In this document: in pieces, positions 63,640 through 64,000 of the stretch
Numbering within the stretch: the first letter of the stretch is position 1
How the letters are laid out: each line of letters starts with the position of its first letter
Source: Octopus sinensis
Taxonomy: Eukaryota
Length of the DNA stretch: 64,000 nucleotides
Reading direction: 5' to 3'
NCBI RefSeq assembly: GCF_006345805.1
Contig: NC_042999.1
Coordinates: 113,770,001 to 113,834,000, forward strand
The notes under the pieces: generated by a model
Told to the model about the DNA's origin: nothing
The model's database searches: none
The model's input: only the letters and a program-made list of their open reading frames with translations
Position numbers and translations under genes: made by a program

Positions 63640-64000
63640 CAGGTGTGGCTGTTATGGTAAGAAACTTGCTTCCCAACCACATGGTCTGGGTTCATTTCCA
63701 CTGTGTGGCACCTCAGGCAAGTGTCTTCTACTATAGCCTTGGATCGACCAAAGCCTTGTAAGCAGATTTGGTAGACAGAAACTGAAAGAAGCCCAGTGTG
63801 TGTGTGTGTTGTGTGTGTGTGCGTGCGCGCGCATGTGTCTTTGTCCCCTACCACCACTTGACAACCAGTGTTGGTTTGTTTACATCCCCATAACTTAATG
63901 TTTGCCAAGAAGACACCTGTAGAATAAGTGCTAGTGAGAGTGATTCATTTGACTAACAGTTCTTCAAGGCGGTGACCCAGCATGGCCGCAGCCTAGATAC
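63640..64000 (+). mobile_element. SINE family B running to the window edge
   Basis: Head, core, (GT)n and tail motifs present. Confidence 0.8.

Noticed and set aside
226-63864. Most ORFs in the supplied track (YI/CV/HT/TH/LLL/NNN-rich)
   Set aside because: They are translations of di-, tri- and tetranucleotide repeats or SINE bodies, with no domain content.

Overview
AT-rich eukaryotic DNA dominated by microsatellites and transposon remnants. No long intact ORF, rRNA, true tRNA gene or CRISPR array is visible. The repeat content (tRNA-headed SINE families, dense TA/CA/AAT microsatellites) looks like a coleoid cephalopod, probably Octopus; that is an inference from recalled repeat types, not a database result. 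Protein-coding mobile remnants are a CR1/L2-type LINE with a CCCH-finger ORF1 (3815-5630, -), a DD37D maT transposon (8501-9243, +), an R4/Dong-type RLE LINE end in AAT repeats (10198-10750, +), a mariner 5' half (58941-59482, -) and a probable Penelope GIY-YIG remnant (about 29040-29940). Host-gene signal is limited to a few candidate exons: two phase-compatible + strand exons (1173-1258, 1974-2120) and a 60-nt - strand exon (24667-24726). The most interesting region is 54955-56369, which holds three type I hammerhead-ribozyme motifs. Two lie in the arms of an approximately 860-bp fold-back element and one lies in a 345-bp-period direct-repeat unit with retrozyme/Penelope-like architecture. 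Almost all ORFs in the supplied track are microsatellite or repeat artefacts. All alignments and folds were done by eye and need computational confirmation.
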